A stretch of 64,000 nucleotides of DNA from a virus: the IMG/VR virus record IMGVR_UViG_3300008117_000445, positions 1-64,000 of that record. The stretch is one strand, 5' to 3'. Position 1 is the first letter of the stretch, and every line of letters begins with the position of its first letter. This document shows positions 26,233-36,691 of this stretch, piece after piece. Under the pieces are notes generated by a model. It had not been told where the DNA came from. It saw only the letters and a list, made by a program, of their open reading frames with translations, and ran no database searches. Both the position numbers and the translations under genes were made by a program.

Positions 26233-26862
26233 TTATTTTATAACCACTTTTTCACCACCCCCCCTTATTAACCCATTAACCGATTTTAGATCCGAAATTA
26301 TAATTTTCCCATCCAAGTTTGAACCAACCCAAACGTATTTCTTTTTTCCAATGAACAAAACTTTAAAAAACTTGGATGGTATTGGAATTTTACTACCACC
26401 CATATAGTTAACACCATCATAAATAACACCAGTTATAATAACCACATCTTTTTTGTATTTGGAAACAGAATCCTCAACTGATCTCTCCAACCTCATCCAA
26501 GAACCCCTATTAAATTTTGGTAACTGAGGTACCGAATTAAACAAACTAAACGATCTATAATTAAGTTCATTGTCATATGATGTGATGTGTGATGGTGTTA
26601 AATGTCCCATATCATATCCGGATTTGTAGTAGTATTTTGTGTCGTACTTATCAACAAATACGTCCTGAAACCAGTTGTCACTTCTTTCTTTGTCAAGTTT
26701 TAAAAAATCAACATATTTTAGTTTGTGTATGGATATAAAAGTACACGTATCTTTTGTTAATATGAGTGTCATATCACCGTGGTTGATTTTTATATTGTTT
26801 GTTTTAATTGTTTGACAAAAATAGTTAAGTGATATTAGTAGGAAGAATAATAATGTTCGCAT
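26233..26862 (-). CDS. secreted DNA/RNA non-specific endonuclease (Endonuclease_NS-like)
   Basis: signal peptide MRTLLFFLLISLNYFCQ; GYDMGHLTPSH resembles the DRGH active-site motif. Confidence 0.5.
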   Translation of the reverse strand: MRTLLFFLLISLNYFCQTIKTNNIKINHGDMTLILTKDTCTFISIHKLKYVDFLKLDKERSDNWFQDVFVDKYDTKYYYKSGYDMGHLTPSHITSYDNELNYRSFSLFNSVPQLPKFNRGSWMRLERSVEDSVSKYKKDVVIITGVIYDGVNYMGGSKIPIPSKFFKVLFIGKKKYVWVGSNLDGKIIISDLKSVNGLIRGGGEKVVIK

Positions 26863-26983
26863 AATGAATCTTTAAAAATAAATATTAATCTTTAGTAAAG
26901 AAATAGTCGTTGGCTGTAAATATATGTCAAAATGTTTGGTCAGATTAAATATTATCATTATATTTGTTCATATTTATTAATTG

Positions 26984-28453
26984 ATGAAGTATTTACTTTC
27001 CATATTGACACTTATTGTAACTTTTTTTACTGTAGCACAAATTACAGCAAACGGAAATTCTGGAGTTAGACCAACGGTTTATACAAACGGATCACCAAAC
27101 AATTCAATCTTTATTTGGTGTGGTGTAGGAAATAATGGCTCATTGACTTATACACCAACTTCCGGAACGGCACCTTATACATTCAACTGGTTCTCATATT
27201 CCAATACAACTTTTTCTTGGAATACATTAACCACCCAAAACGGCGCAACATCTACTTTAAATAATTTGTCTAACGGTGGTTATAGAATTGAGGTTTATTC
27301 ATCAAACGGTACATTGGTTGGTTGTGATATTGCTTGGGTTTGGAATGTAAATAATCAAGTTACAGCCTCAAACACACAAGTTAGTTGTGGGTCAACAAAC
27401 TTAATTGGAACCAATACAGTTACACCAACATCGTTTACTTATTATAATCCACCACCACCACAATCAATAATAAACACCAACACAACAATTAAAGTTTGTT
27501 TTACCGGAAATCACACTTGGGTTTCAGATTTGGGATTCTATTTAATTGGACCGGCTTCTTGTGGTAGCCCAGTGATTACCTTATCACCAAATCCAGGATC
27601 CAATAGTCAAGGTAGTATTTGTAATGGTGGAAACAACTTCAATAACCTTTGTTTTACAAATGCGGCAAGTCCCAATTTAAATGTATGTTCATCACCAACA
27701 CCATTAACTGGAACTTATGATTCGTATGGACCAACTCCGGGAACCAATATTAATTTTTCACCACTTATTGGTTGTAACGCGGCACAAGGTGGTTGGAGAG
27801 TTCAGGTGTTTGATTGTATTTCATCCGATGTTGGTAAGTTAACTAATGCAAACATAACTTTTTCAAATTTAACATCCATTTGTGGTTCACCAACAACCAT
27901 AACTTATAGTTCAGGAACAATAAATTCAAACATAAATGATAATTCATGTTCACAAGCGACGGCATCCGTTTATCAGGTACCACCACCGACAAATTTAACA
28001 ACACCAATAACAATAAATGGTACCACCACAATTCAATGGACAAGTAATCCATCGGCAACAATTGCAAATTCAACAAACCTTAATACAACGACAACAAACG
28101 TGACACAACAAACAACATTTACTTTAACTTCAACATTCAGTGTAGGTGGAACAAATGTTTGTGTTTCAACAGCTCAAACAACCTTTACACCAACACCATT
28201 AACCGCCAACTTTACGTTTGTTAATCCATCTTGCTTTGGTTTGTGTGACGGTTCGGCAACCGCAACGCCAACATCAGGAACTTTACCTTATATATATGTT
28301 TGGACACCAAGTGGTTCCACACAAACAATATCTAATTTATGTTCCGGAACATATAATGTAACGGTCACTGACGCTAATGGTTGTACTGTAAGTGGAAGTG
28401 TAACCTTAACGGACCCAAATCAGTTAATATTAACCCCAATAAACCATAATTAA
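26984..28453 (+). CDS. secreted SprB-repeat / Ig-like-domain protein (Thr/Asn/Gly-rich)
   Basis: signal peptide; repeated ..[10 protein letters not shown].., ..[27 protein letters not shown].. SprB-like repeats. Confidence 0.5.
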   Translation: MKYLLSILTLIVTFFTVAQITANGNSGVRPTVYTNGSPNNSIFIWCGVGNNGSLTYTPTSGTAPYTFNWFSYSNTTFSWNTLTTQNGATSTLNNLSNGGYRIEVYSSNGTLVGCDIAWVWNVNNQVTASNTQVSCGSTNLIGTNTVTPTSFTYYNPPPPQSIINTNTTIKVCFTGNHTWVSDLGFYLIGPASCGSPVITLSPNPGSNSQGSICNGGNNFNNLCFTNAASPNLNVCSSPTPLTGTYDSYGPTPGTNINFSPLIGCNAAQGGWRVQVFDCISSDVGKLTNANITFSNLTSICGSPTTITYSSGTINSNINDNSCSQATASVYQVPPPTNLTTPITINGTTTIQWTSNPSATIANSTNLNTTTTNVTQQTTFTLTSTFSVGGTNVCVSTAQTTFTPTPLTANFTFVNPSCFGLCDGSATATPTSGTLPYIYVWTPSGSTQTISNLCSGTYNVTVTDANGCTVSGSVTLTDPNQLILTPINHN

Positions 28454-28464
28454 ATCTAAACACC

Positions 28465-29040
28465 ATGAAAAAAGTAATTTTAATTTTAGCTCTTTTAGTA
28501 TCAAGCTCTTTGTTCTCACAACTTGTAACAACAAACCCTGATACGGTCTGTTTCCAATCAACAACACTATCCACTTATACAGTACAAAATATCGGTTCGG
28601 GGACCTATACGTGGACAATACCAGGTTCAGCAACCCTAGTTTCTGGACAAGGAACAAACTCAATCCAAGTGGATTGGTCAGCAACACCAGCCGGTCTTAT
28701 AAATAACGCCATATCTGTAACATATACTTCGGGTTCTGGATGTCAAGCTCAACCGGTAACATTAAACGTGTTGATCTACCAATTCACACCAACTATTGCT
28801 GCTTTAGGTCCATTTTGTGAATCTGATCCTTGTGTTACTTTGGTTGGTTCACCGGTTGGTGGTACTTGGTCTGGAACCGGAGTCTCTGGAAATCAATTTT
28901 GTCCAGATAACGTGGCAAACGGAACGAACGCAATTTCCAATGTGACATATACTGTAACAAATGGTGGATGTACGTTCTCAACTTCAACAACAGTACCAGT
29001 ATTTGGTACACCAACTTTATCACCAATTCAACATAACTAA
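28465..29040 (+). CDS. secreted Ig-like repeat protein
   Basis: signal peptide MKKVILILALLVSSSLFSQ; C-terminus TLSPIQHN parallels LTPINHN of upstream gene. Confidence 0.5.
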   Translation: MKKVILILALLVSSSLFSQLVTTNPDTVCFQSTTLSTYTVQNIGSGTYTWTIPGSATLVSGQGTNSIQVDWSATPAGLINNAISVTYTSGSGCQAQPVTLNVLIYQFTPTIAALGPFCESDPCVTLVGSPVGGTWSGTGVSGNQFCPDNVANGTNAISNVTYTVTNGGCTFSTSTTVPVFGTPTLSPIQHN

Positions 29041-29043
29041 AAT

Positions 29044-29610
29044 ATGAAATTTATTTCATCCATATTGGTTTTAATCATATGTTTTGTTTCTTCAGCACAA
29101 GATACACTTGAGATCTGTGCTGGGGAACCCAAAACGGTTAGCTATTTTGCCTCATCAACGAGTGATGGTGAAAATACCTGGAAGGTCAATGGTGAAACAT
29201 TTATTGGTGATGAATTAACTTATACTTATACTCAAGGTGGTTTATACAATATAACTGTACGTAGAGAAAATTGGTTATGTTATGTTGAACAAACACTCCA
29301 AGTTTTTGTAAGTGAATGTCCAGGTGTTACTTTTTGGGTACCAAACACATTTACACCAGATGGTGACGAATTTAATCAATATTTTGGCCCAGTAATGAAT
29401 GAAGGATTTGATGTTGATGGTTATTCGTTTTTGATTTTTAACAGATGGGGTGAAACCATATTTAGTTCATCTGACCCAAATGGAAAGTGGGATGGTATGT
29501 ACAATAACGTTTTATGTCAATACGGAACTTATAGTTGGGTGTTAAGGTTTAATGTTAAAGGTGATGATGGTGTCATTCAAAAATCAGGTAATGTTAATTT
29601 ACTTCGTTGA
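29044..29610 (+). CDS. protein with T9SS type-B C-terminal sorting domain (gliding motility-associated CTD)
   Basis: signal peptide + C-terminal VPNTFTPDGDEFNQYFGP...FNRWGETIF...DPNGKWDGMYNNVLCQYGTYSWVL. Confidence 0.6.
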   Translation: MKFISSILVLIICFVSSAQDTLEICAGEPKTVSYFASSTSDGENTWKVNGETFIGDELTYTYTQGGLYNITVRRENWLCYVEQTLQVFVSECPGVTFWVPNTFTPDGDEFNQYFGPVMNEGFDVDGYSFLIFNRWGETIFSSSDPNGKWDGMYNNVLCQYGTYSWVLRFNVKGDDGVIQKSGNVNLLR

Positions 29611-29613
29611 TTG

Positions 29614-30231
29614 TTAGTCCCACCACCATCTCATTCTTTCTTTTAAAATTTTAAACAATAAATTATGCGCTTTTTCTTGATTATGTTTTGAAACATAATG
29701 ACATAAATCTCTTTTATTTAGATTGGGATTTTCTTTTAATATTTTACGGACACTTGATGGGTATTTTTTTAAAAAATCATCATAAGTCTCACTTGAAACC
29801 TCTATATCTGCGGACCTAAGATTTTCATTACCTTCAACCGGTTTAAATACAACATCAGAGTCTTCATAATCAAGATATTCAGTGTTGTAGTATTCGTCTT
29901 TAACTCTTTCAATTAGGTTTAAAACAATAGTCATATCACGATTATCTCTATCAACCTCCATATGACGATTTGCATAGATAATTTCTTTTCTTTGAAATTC
30001 TATTTTCTTTTGAAGGATTGTAAAAATATACCAGTCATCCCAATCCTTATCTTTATATAAAGTTGGTATCCATCTAAAGATATTTTTTATACCTCCGATA
30101 AAGTATCTTATTCTCCAATTTGTGTTTCGCCATATGAATGGAAATACCCCCTTTCTATTCCAAGCGGATTCTTCAGGTATTGTTAGTTTCTTGTAATTTT
30201 TCATTGTATTGTAAATATAACGAAAAAACAA
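29614..30231 (-). CDS. hypothetical protein (possibly continuous with the overlapping TM ORF 30173..30376 via frameshift)
   Basis: 205-aa ORF; upstream overlapping ORF encodes hydrophobic helices. Confidence 0.4.
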   Translation of the reverse strand: MFFRYIYNTMKNYKKLTIPEESAWNRKGVFPFIWRNTNWRIRYFIGGIKNIFRWIPTLYKDKDWDDWYIFTILQKKIEFQRKEIIYANRHMEVDRDNRDMTIVLNLIERVKDEYYNTEYLDYEDSDVVFKPVEGNENLRSADIEVSSETYDDFLKKYPSSVRKILKENPNLNKRDLCHYVSKHNQEKAHNLLFKILKERMRWWWD

Positions 30232-30388
30232 CCAAAAAGTTAATAGTTAAACTCAAAAAAATCTCAAATAAATAATGCCAATTTGTTTGTGTTAAGGAAA
30301 CGTGGGTTCCAAACCACATAAATGAACCATATTTGTTCATAACTTCAATTAGTAGATATTTCAAAAAGTTTTTCATATATTTATAATT

Positions 30389-30661
30389 ATGGCGAAGGAC
30401 TTAAATACACCAAACCCAAAACTAGAGGTTGGTGATAGAATTGTTTTAATTCACATGGATGGTGAAGAAGTTCCGATTGGATCAAAAGGTAAAGTTGTTG
30501 GAATAAATAACCAACCAAGGTATAGACCGACAGACTCTGGTATGGGGTATTGGGTTGAGTTTTATGACTCAGATACCGATGAATTTATTTCCAAACTGAC
30601 TTTGATTCCGGAAGATGATATTTGGTTGTATGACAAAGATTATTATCAAAGTTTGGGTTGA
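30389..30661 (+). CDS. hypothetical protein
   Basis: 90-aa ORF. Confidence 0.4.
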   Translation: MAKDLNTPNPKLEVGDRIVLIHMDGEEVPIGSKGKVVGINNQPRYRPTDSGMGYWVEFYDSDTDEFISKLTLIPEDDIWLYDKDYYQSLG

Positions 30662-30705
30662 TATCCTTAATTTTTTTTTCTATTATTTGTTGTAAACAAA
30701 AAATT

Positions 30706-31026
30706 ATGGAAAAAAACGACATCTTAAAATACGGAGAAATTCAATATCTAAAAGGACGACTTGATGAATTATTTAAGTCATTTTATGTCATCACAGATTT
30801 ACACGAAAGTAGATTAATAGACCAGCGAATTGAAAAATATTTAAATAAGTTGAAACATGTGGATGAGGTTTCATACTACCTATATGAGGTTGAATTAACA
30901 TCAAGAAGAAAATCAAAAGAAAGATCCAAAAAAGAAGTTAAAACATTGTTGGAAAATGTTTTGAATGAGGAAAATATTTCAGAAGAACTTATTGAAAAAA
31001 TTAAAAAACAAATTGATAAATATTAA
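30706..31026 (+). CDS. hypothetical coiled-coil protein
   Basis: track ORF 30658..31026, internal Met MEKNDIL. Confidence 0.4.
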   Translation: MEKNDILKYGEIQYLKGRLDELFKSFYVITDLHESRLIDQRIEKYLNKLKHVDEVSYYLYEVELTSRRKSKERSKKEVKTLLENVLNEENISEELIEKIKKQIDKY

Positions 31027-31037
31027 TTAATTTTTGT

Positions 31038-31049
31038 TATATTTGTATC
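31038..31049 (+). promoter_or_regulatory. TATATTTGTA -7 box abutting the ATG (leaderless-type promoter)
   Basis: ttgtTATATTTGTAtcATG; same box before the genes at 35622, 38360, 40004, 46787. Confidence 0.4.
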
Positions 31050-31538
31050 ATGAAAAAGAGGTTAACATTTATATCGGATACACATACAAAACACAATTTG
31101 TTGGATGGGTTTTTACCTGGTGGTGATATATTGTTGTGTGCTGGAGACATATCCAGTCGTGGTTATGTTACCGAATTAGAGAATTTCTTTGGATGGTATG
31201 ATAAAATAGATAACTACGACACAAAAGTTTTTATCGCAGGTAATCATGATTTTGGGTTCCAGGATGATCCAGAAAAAATAAAAGGTTTGCTCACCGGTTA
31301 TAAAACAATAGACTACCTTCAAGATGATTGGATGTTGGTTGGTGAGGATTATGATAAATTGGTTAAAATCTGGGGTAGTCCATGGCAACCTGAATTTCAT
31401 AATTGGGCATTTAATTTACCTCGTGGTGAAAAACTAATGGATAAGTGGAACTTGATACCAAAAGATGTTGATATACTTGTAACTCACGGACCCGCTTTTG
31501 GTAAATTAGATTTTGTTCCATATGACAGAAACAAATGA
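31050..31538 (+). CDS. metallophosphoesterase (calcineurin-like)
   Basis: DTHTKHN, GDISSRG, GNHD motifs. Confidence 0.6.
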   Translation: MKKRLTFISDTHTKHNLLDGFLPGGDILLCAGDISSRGYVTELENFFGWYDKIDNYDTKVFIAGNHDFGFQDDPEKIKGLLTGYKTIDYLQDDWMLVGEDYDKLVKIWGSPWQPEFHNWAFNLPRGEKLMDKWNLIPKDVDILVTHGPAFGKLDFVPYDRNK

Positions 31539-31572
31539 AATTGAGTTTGTTGAAAATTAATGGTTGGATCTG

Positions 31573-33153
31573 TTATTGATAAACAGGTCCAATCTTTATA
31601 ACGTCAGCACCAAAACCTTTGTTTTTTAATGTGATTTCTTTTTCGTGTGGGTAAAGGATATTATTTTTAATTGATTCATAAAAGTCAATTAATTGTTTTT
31701 GAACTTCAACTTCAATCAAGAATCCTTTTGTTCCGTGTGTTTTATCTTTTGGTGACCTATAATGGTTTTTGATTAATTGTTTCTTGTTCATTGAGTAGTG
31801 ACTTCCAGGGTATTGTGTATCAATCGCATCTTCACTTTCAGCAAACACAACCCGATATAGTTTTAATGTTTCCGGTAGATTGTCATAATATTCCGTTAAG
31901 TCGTTTAATTCAAATATGGCATTATCATTTTCATAACCCATCTCATACAAACAACCAAGTAAGTTATCCGTATTATTTGCCGTTAATCTAACAAAACCTT
32001 CATTTAAATTATTTTCCTTATCTCGGTTCACTTTTTTGATTTCCAAAGGTGGATCCAATAGATATTTTTCATTCAACCAATGTCTCAATTCATTCTCAAC
32101 AAAAAACTCCGGAACTTCTTCATTGTCTGGTTTTTCTGAGGCGACTTCGGCAATGTGCCTGGCAAATTTAACTTTTAATTTATCATCCAACATGGTCATT
32201 AATCCATCGGAAATAAAAAAGATTTTGGACAATGGATCAGAAACACCCAACTCACCCTCAACAAGGTCAAACACCTTCATAATGGTTTTACCCCACCATG
32301 TTTTATATCCGGTAGTTTCTTCAAGTCCGGGTCTGAATATTTTATTAAACGCTCTAATAATTGAACCAGAAAAACCAGCCAGAGCAAGTTGGGGGAAGAA
32401 CCAAGGTAAAAGTCTCAATGTCGCCTTATAACCTCCTTCACCCACATGTAATAATAATCTATTTGTTTTTGCTTCTTCAACCAGTTCTTTTAATTGACCA
32501 AATGTGATTTTACCTTGAGCCTTACAGAATTTTTTGGCATCACAAATGTTTTTGATTGCTTTTGAGGATGGTGTTATATCTTCAGATATGGTGACAAACC
32601 CTTCATTCATTTTATTTTTTGTTTTCTTCAACAAACTTTTAATAAAAAACACAATTCCACTTAAAACGACTCCACTCAATAAAACCTGAATGTTATCCAT
32701 GGTTATACTTCTATCATTTATGATTGTATTAATAAGTTTCATAACCGGGTTCAATAAAAAAGCAAACCCCAATATTTCACTTAATGAATATGAAATACCC
32801 AACACGCTTTTTATAACGGTTCTTATGATGTCCAGGGTGTTCTTGATTAAATTTTTAACACCCTCAAGCGGTTTTGTTAGGTCAAGTTCTTTAATTTTAT
32901 TTAATAGTGAATCCTTATTTTTGTCATTAATTAAAAGTGCAACTGATGTTATAATTAAAAGAACAATTTCATTTTCATTTAATGAGAATCCAGAACCGGT
33001 TAATAACCTTTCCACTGGACCCATAAACGCACCCATTCCGGTACCAAAGGTAAATAAGATTCCGGTATTTATTTTAAGATCATTTAAGGTGTCCTTAAAT
33101 AAATTCTCATTTATTAATTCTAAATATTGTTCTTCTGTTAAAATTACTTTCAT
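31573..33153 (-). CDS. large membrane protein with shared N-terminal leader (MKVILTEEQYLELINEN)
   Basis: 526 aa, several TM segments (GILFTFGTGMGAFMG, VLLIITSVALLI, LLSGVVLSGIVFFI). Confidence 0.55.
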   Translation of the reverse strand: MKVILTEEQYLELINENLFKDTLNDLKINTGILFTFGTGMGAFMGPVERLLTGSGFSLNENEIVLLIITSVALLINDKNKDSLLNKIKELDLTKPLEGVKNLIKNTLDIIRTVIKSVLGISYSLSEILGFAFLLNPVMKLINTIINDRSITMDNIQVLLSGVVLSGIVFFIKSLLKKTKNKMNEGFVTISEDITPSSKAIKNICDAKKFCKAQGKITFGQLKELVEEAKTNRLLLHVGEGGYKATLRLLPWFFPQLALAGFSGSIIRAFNKIFRPGLEETTGYKTWWGKTIMKVFDLVEGELGVSDPLSKIFFISDGLMTMLDDKLKVKFARHIAEVASEKPDNEEVPEFFVENELRHWLNEKYLLDPPLEIKKVNRDKENNLNEGFVRLTANNTDNLLGCLYEMGYENDNAIFELNDLTEYYDNLPETLKLYRVVFAESEDAIDTQYPGSHYSMNKKQLIKNHYRSPKDKTHGTKGFLIEVEVQKQLIDFYESIKNNILYPHEKEITLKNKGFGADVIKIGPVYQ

Positions 33154-33156
33154 TTT

Positions 33157-33615
33157 TTATAATTTAAAACTATCTAATTTTTGATATAACCCCGAGTCCT
33201 TATATACATCAACATCTTCTACATTAAATTCAGGAAACATTTTTATCAATTCTTTAATAAAATCTCTTCTTACGTTTCTATATATTTCAACCATATCATC
33301 ACCTAATTTGATAAGAATTCTTTGTTCAATACCACTATTATAAACAATTAACGGTAACCCCCAAGATGATTTATTTTCTAATATATGAAGATGGTTATCA
33401 CGTAAAATGATATCACCACCCCTTTTTATTACATTTAAATCAGTAAAACAGGACATCAATATATCAATTATATTTTCTTCACCAATTATACTAAAAAGAT
33501 TTTTGAAACCACCAACCATTTCGGCAGTGTCAGCATAACCGTACTCTTCAATTGAATTAATTAAAGTTTGTTTTAATGACTCCTCTTTTAATATTTTTCT
33601 AATTAGTTGTTTCAT
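33157..33615 (-). CDS. leader-family protein (MKQLIRKILKEESLKQT)
   Basis: 152-aa ORF. Confidence 0.5.
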   Translation of the reverse strand: MKQLIRKILKEESLKQTLINSIEEYGYADTAEMVGGFKNLFSIIGEENIIDILMSCFTDLNVIKRGGDIILRDNHLHILENKSSWGLPLIVYNSGIEQRILIKLGDDMVEIYRNVRRDFIKELIKMFPEFNVEDVDVYKDSGLYQKLDSFKL

Positions 33616-33618
33616 AAA

Positions 33619-34005
33619 TTAAAAATTAACCCAAGCCTGCACCTTAAATTTTAAATCAATAGGTGAACCATAAGTGTACAGATCAAAAGAAAAATAATTT
33701 TTAAAAATATCTTCAATATCACTTCTTAATGGACGACTATTTTTTATTTCTTGATCTGTTAATTTAAATTTTAATGTGAATACCATTCTATCAACAACAG
33801 GATTCTCCATACCCAATTTTACGGATCCTAATTTAACTTTTTTCATACTTGTTTCAACTTCAAGTAAATTAGGAAATTCAGAATGAAGGTAATCAATTAT
33901 TTGGTCCTTCATACTTTCTAACCTACCCAACTCCTTATAGTAATGATCAATAAATTCTTGACCCTGAAGTTCCTCATTTAATATTTTTCTAATTAATTTC
34001 TCCAT
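33619..34005 (-). CDS. leader-family protein (MEKLIRKILNEELQGQE)
   Basis: track ORF 33619..34035, internal Met. Confidence 0.45.
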   Translation of the reverse strand: MEKLIRKILNEELQGQEFIDHYYKELGRLESMKDQIIDYLHSEFPNLLEVETSMKKVKLGSVKLGMENPVVDRMVFTLKFKLTDQEIKNSRPLRSDIEDIFKNYFSFDLYTYGSPIDLKFKVQAWVNF

Positions 34006-34058
34006 TATATCATAATAAATAGTTTGATATTTCAAAATAAATTATATATCTTTGTCCC

Positions 34059-35600
34059 ATGGAATTAAATGAAAAACTGGCAAAATTAATCTTTCAAGAG
34101 TTTGAAGACTCAATTAAAGGTACCGACATCTATAATCACGAAGGTTCCATGTGGTTAATTTTTACAGAAGAAAGAAAATGGGTTGTTGAATTTACAAAAC
34201 AAAAAACCTTATGGTATAATTATAAACATTTTAATGACATACTGGTTTTATTTGGCATGGAACTAAGTGAAGGTGCCGAATATATCAAAAAATGGTATGA
34301 AGACAAATTCATTTTTAATACGGTAAAACAAAATGCTTCAACATTACTATACGTTGATAATGTTATTGATAATGGTGTGAAAGAGACAGATAAATCATAC
34401 TCCAATTATCGTTTGTGTGTTGAAAACACCATTCAAAATGGGGTGAAACACATCTGTCGGGGATCTTATGAGAATACCCCTCTTGCTGAAGACATCATTA
34501 AAAATGGAGTTAAAAAAGTTGATGACTCAATTAAGGAAAGATTATTTTTTGTTGAAGACACCATTCAAAATGGGGTGAAGATTATGGATATTGATAGAGG
34601 TTCTTATTTAAGTTTTGTTGAAAATACTATTAAAAATGGCGTAAAAAATATCGTTTACGCAGGACCTGATCAAACATTTTGTGTTGAAGAAGCCATTCAA
34701 AATGGAGTGAAGGACACCCAATGGAATGATTTTGCTCGTTGGAATATTATTGACTACACCATTCAAAATGGGGTGAAGGACACAAATTGTAAATTTGAAT
34801 TCACTTCACAAGGAATTAACGACGCAATTAAAATTGGATTTAAAGATACCGACCCAAAAACCTACCAACCAAATGATAGGATTGAAGATGTAGTTGAAAA
34901 TGGGGTAAATGTTATTAGTTGGGCTCATCCCACCGCAAATTTCACAAATCAGGTTGAAGGTATTATTCAAAATGGGGTGAAGAACATATATTGTGGTTGC
35001 AACGAAACCTTACCGACTATAGAAGACACAATTAAAAATGGGGTAAAAGATATGTGGTGTATTGAAAGAACTAACACCTTTGATGTTGAAGATACCATTC
35101 AAAATGGGATTAAAAATACCCAATCGTTTGATGGTAAATCTTTGAAATTGGTTAATAAGATAATAAGCGATGGCGTAAAACGTACTGAATGGAACGGTTC
35201 TGATTTACCAACAGGTAAAGTTGAAGACACAATTCAAAATGGAGTTAAACACGCACAATTTGATAATGATTACACCAAAGAGTATGTTGGTAACATAATT
35301 CAAAATGGAGTTAAAGATGTGAAAGAAATATATGAACATACTTTAAACAGTGGTTTATTTGAGATTAATTGTAAAAAGGCAATAAAAAAAGGTGTTAAGT
35401 ATGTTTTTGAGGGAAAAGTGCAAGCATATTTAGTAAATGATGTTATTGAGGATGGTGTTAAAGAAGTTGAATATTATGATGGAGATGCCGAAGTTTTAGT
35501 TAATGAAGCAATTGAAAATGGTGTTAAATATATGATGTCAGGAAGTGAATTTAAAAATAATCAAGTAGAAGATGTTATTAAATATAGTGTTAAATTATAA
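34059..35600 (+). CDS. novel repeat protein: ~19 x 23-aa repeats with core (V/I)(E/D)(D/N)TIQNGVK
   Basis: NGVK recurs every ~23 residues from aa ~110 to C-terminus; promoter TAtcTTTG 5 nt upstream of ATG. Confidence 0.55.
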   Translation: MELNEKLAKLIFQEFEDSIKGTDIYNHEGSMWLIFTEERKWVVEFTKQKTLWYNYKHFNDILVLFGMELSEGAEYIKKWYEDKFIFNTVKQNASTLLYVDNVIDNGVKETDKSYSNYRLCVENTIQNGVKHICRGSYENTPLAEDIIKNGVKKVDDSIKERLFFVEDTIQNGVKIMDIDRGSYLSFVENTIKNGVKNIVYAGPDQTFCVEEAIQNGVKDTQWNDFARWNIIDYTIQNGVKDTNCKFEFTSQGINDAIKIGFKDTDPKTYQPNDRIEDVVENGVNVISWAHPTANFTNQVEGIIQNGVKNIYCGCNETLPTIEDTIKNGVKDMWCIERTNTFDVEDTIQNGIKNTQSFDGKSLKLVNKIISDGVKRTEWNGSDLPTGKVEDTIQNGVKHAQFDNDYTKEYVGNIIQNGVKDVKEIYEHTLNSGLFEINCKKAIKKGVKYVFEGKVQAYLVNDVIEDGVKEVEYYDGDAEVLVNEAIENGVKYMMSGSEFKNNQVEDVIKYSVKL

Positions 35601-35621
35601 AATTAGTTGTATATTTGTATT

Positions 35622-36014
35622 ATGGAAAAAAAACTTGTGATATGTCGCGGAATTTGTGGTGCTGGAAAATCAACATTTGCTAAAACATTGGGTGGAAAAC
35701 ATTATGAAGCCGATATGTATTTTATTAATCCAACTACCGGTGAATATAAATTTGATGGGACAAAAATTAAAAACGCCCACGCTTGGTGTTTAGATAGGGT
35801 TAAAACAGATATGGCTGTTGGTAGAGATAAAATAGTCGTTTCAAATACCTTCACACAAGAATGGGAGTTCCAACCATACTTTGAACTAGCAAAACAGTAT
35901 GGATATAAAGTGTTTTCAATAATTGTTGAAAATCGTCACGAAGGAATAAACCAACACGGAGTTCCAGAAGATAAAATAGAACAAATGAAAAACAGATTCA
36001 GTATAAAGTTATGA
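35622..36014 (+). CDS. P-loop NTPase, polynucleotide-kinase-like
   Basis: Walker A ICRGICGAGKSTFAK; track ORF starts at TTG inside promoter box, first ATG MEKKLVI. Confidence 0.55.
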   Translation: MEKKLVICRGICGAGKSTFAKTLGGKHYEADMYFINPTTGEYKFDGTKIKNAHAWCLDRVKTDMAVGRDKIVVSNTFTQEWEFQPYFELAKQYGYKVFSIIVENRHEGINQHGVPEDKIEQMKNRFSIKL

Positions 36015-36664
36015 AATTCAAAACATTAGAAACAACAGGAAAAGTCTGGATTAGTTCGGATACGCATTTCGGTCACAAAAATTTGTGTCGTGGAGTAACA
36101 AATTGGAGAACCCAGGACGGTGAAATTCCAATTGAATCAACAAGAGATTTTCAAACCATTGAACAAATGAATGAAAGGATAGTTGATGGTATTAACTTTA
36201 TGGTAGGTCAAGATGATACATTAATTATGTTGGGTGATGTTTCATTTGGTGGTTTTGAGAATATCGGAATATTCCTTGATAGATTGGTTTGCAAAAATAT
36301 TCATTTAATACTTGGAAATCATGATACACACATCGAAAAAAATAGAGAAGAAATTCAAAATAGATTTTTGAGTGTACAACATTATCTGGAGGTTAGAATC
36401 AACGATAAAGATTTTGTTTTGTGTCACTATCCACTACAAAGTTGGCACGGTCTAAATAAGGGTGTAATCCAATTACATGGGCACGTACACCTTAGTCCAG
36501 ATAAGAAATTTGGTAATGGAAAAAAAATGGATGTTGGTATGGATGGAAACGGATTGAATCCGTATAGTATTGATGAAATAATCAAAATTATGGATAAAAG
36601 ACCAGTTGGGTCCGATATGTCCGGAGATCACCACCTGGATGATTTGGTTGGAGTTGTTGGGTAA
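36011..36664 (+). CDS. calcineurin-type metallophosphoesterase (Pnkp-phosphatase-like), co-transcribed with the kinase
   Basis: SSDTHFGH, GDVSFGG, GNHD, HGHVH motifs; 4-nt overlap with kinase gene. Confidence 0.65.
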   Translation: MKFKTLETTGKVWISSDTHFGHKNLCRGVTNWRTQDGEIPIESTRDFQTIEQMNERIVDGINFMVGQDDTLIMLGDVSFGGFENIGIFLDRLVCKNIHLILGNHDTHIEKNREEIQNRFLSVQHYLEVRINDKDFVLCHYPLQSWHGLNKGVIQLHGHVHLSPDKKFGNGKKMDVGMDGNGLNPYSIDEIIKIMDKRPVGSDMSGDHHLDDLVGVVG

Positions 36665-36691
36665 AACCATAACTCCAACATATTTATATGT

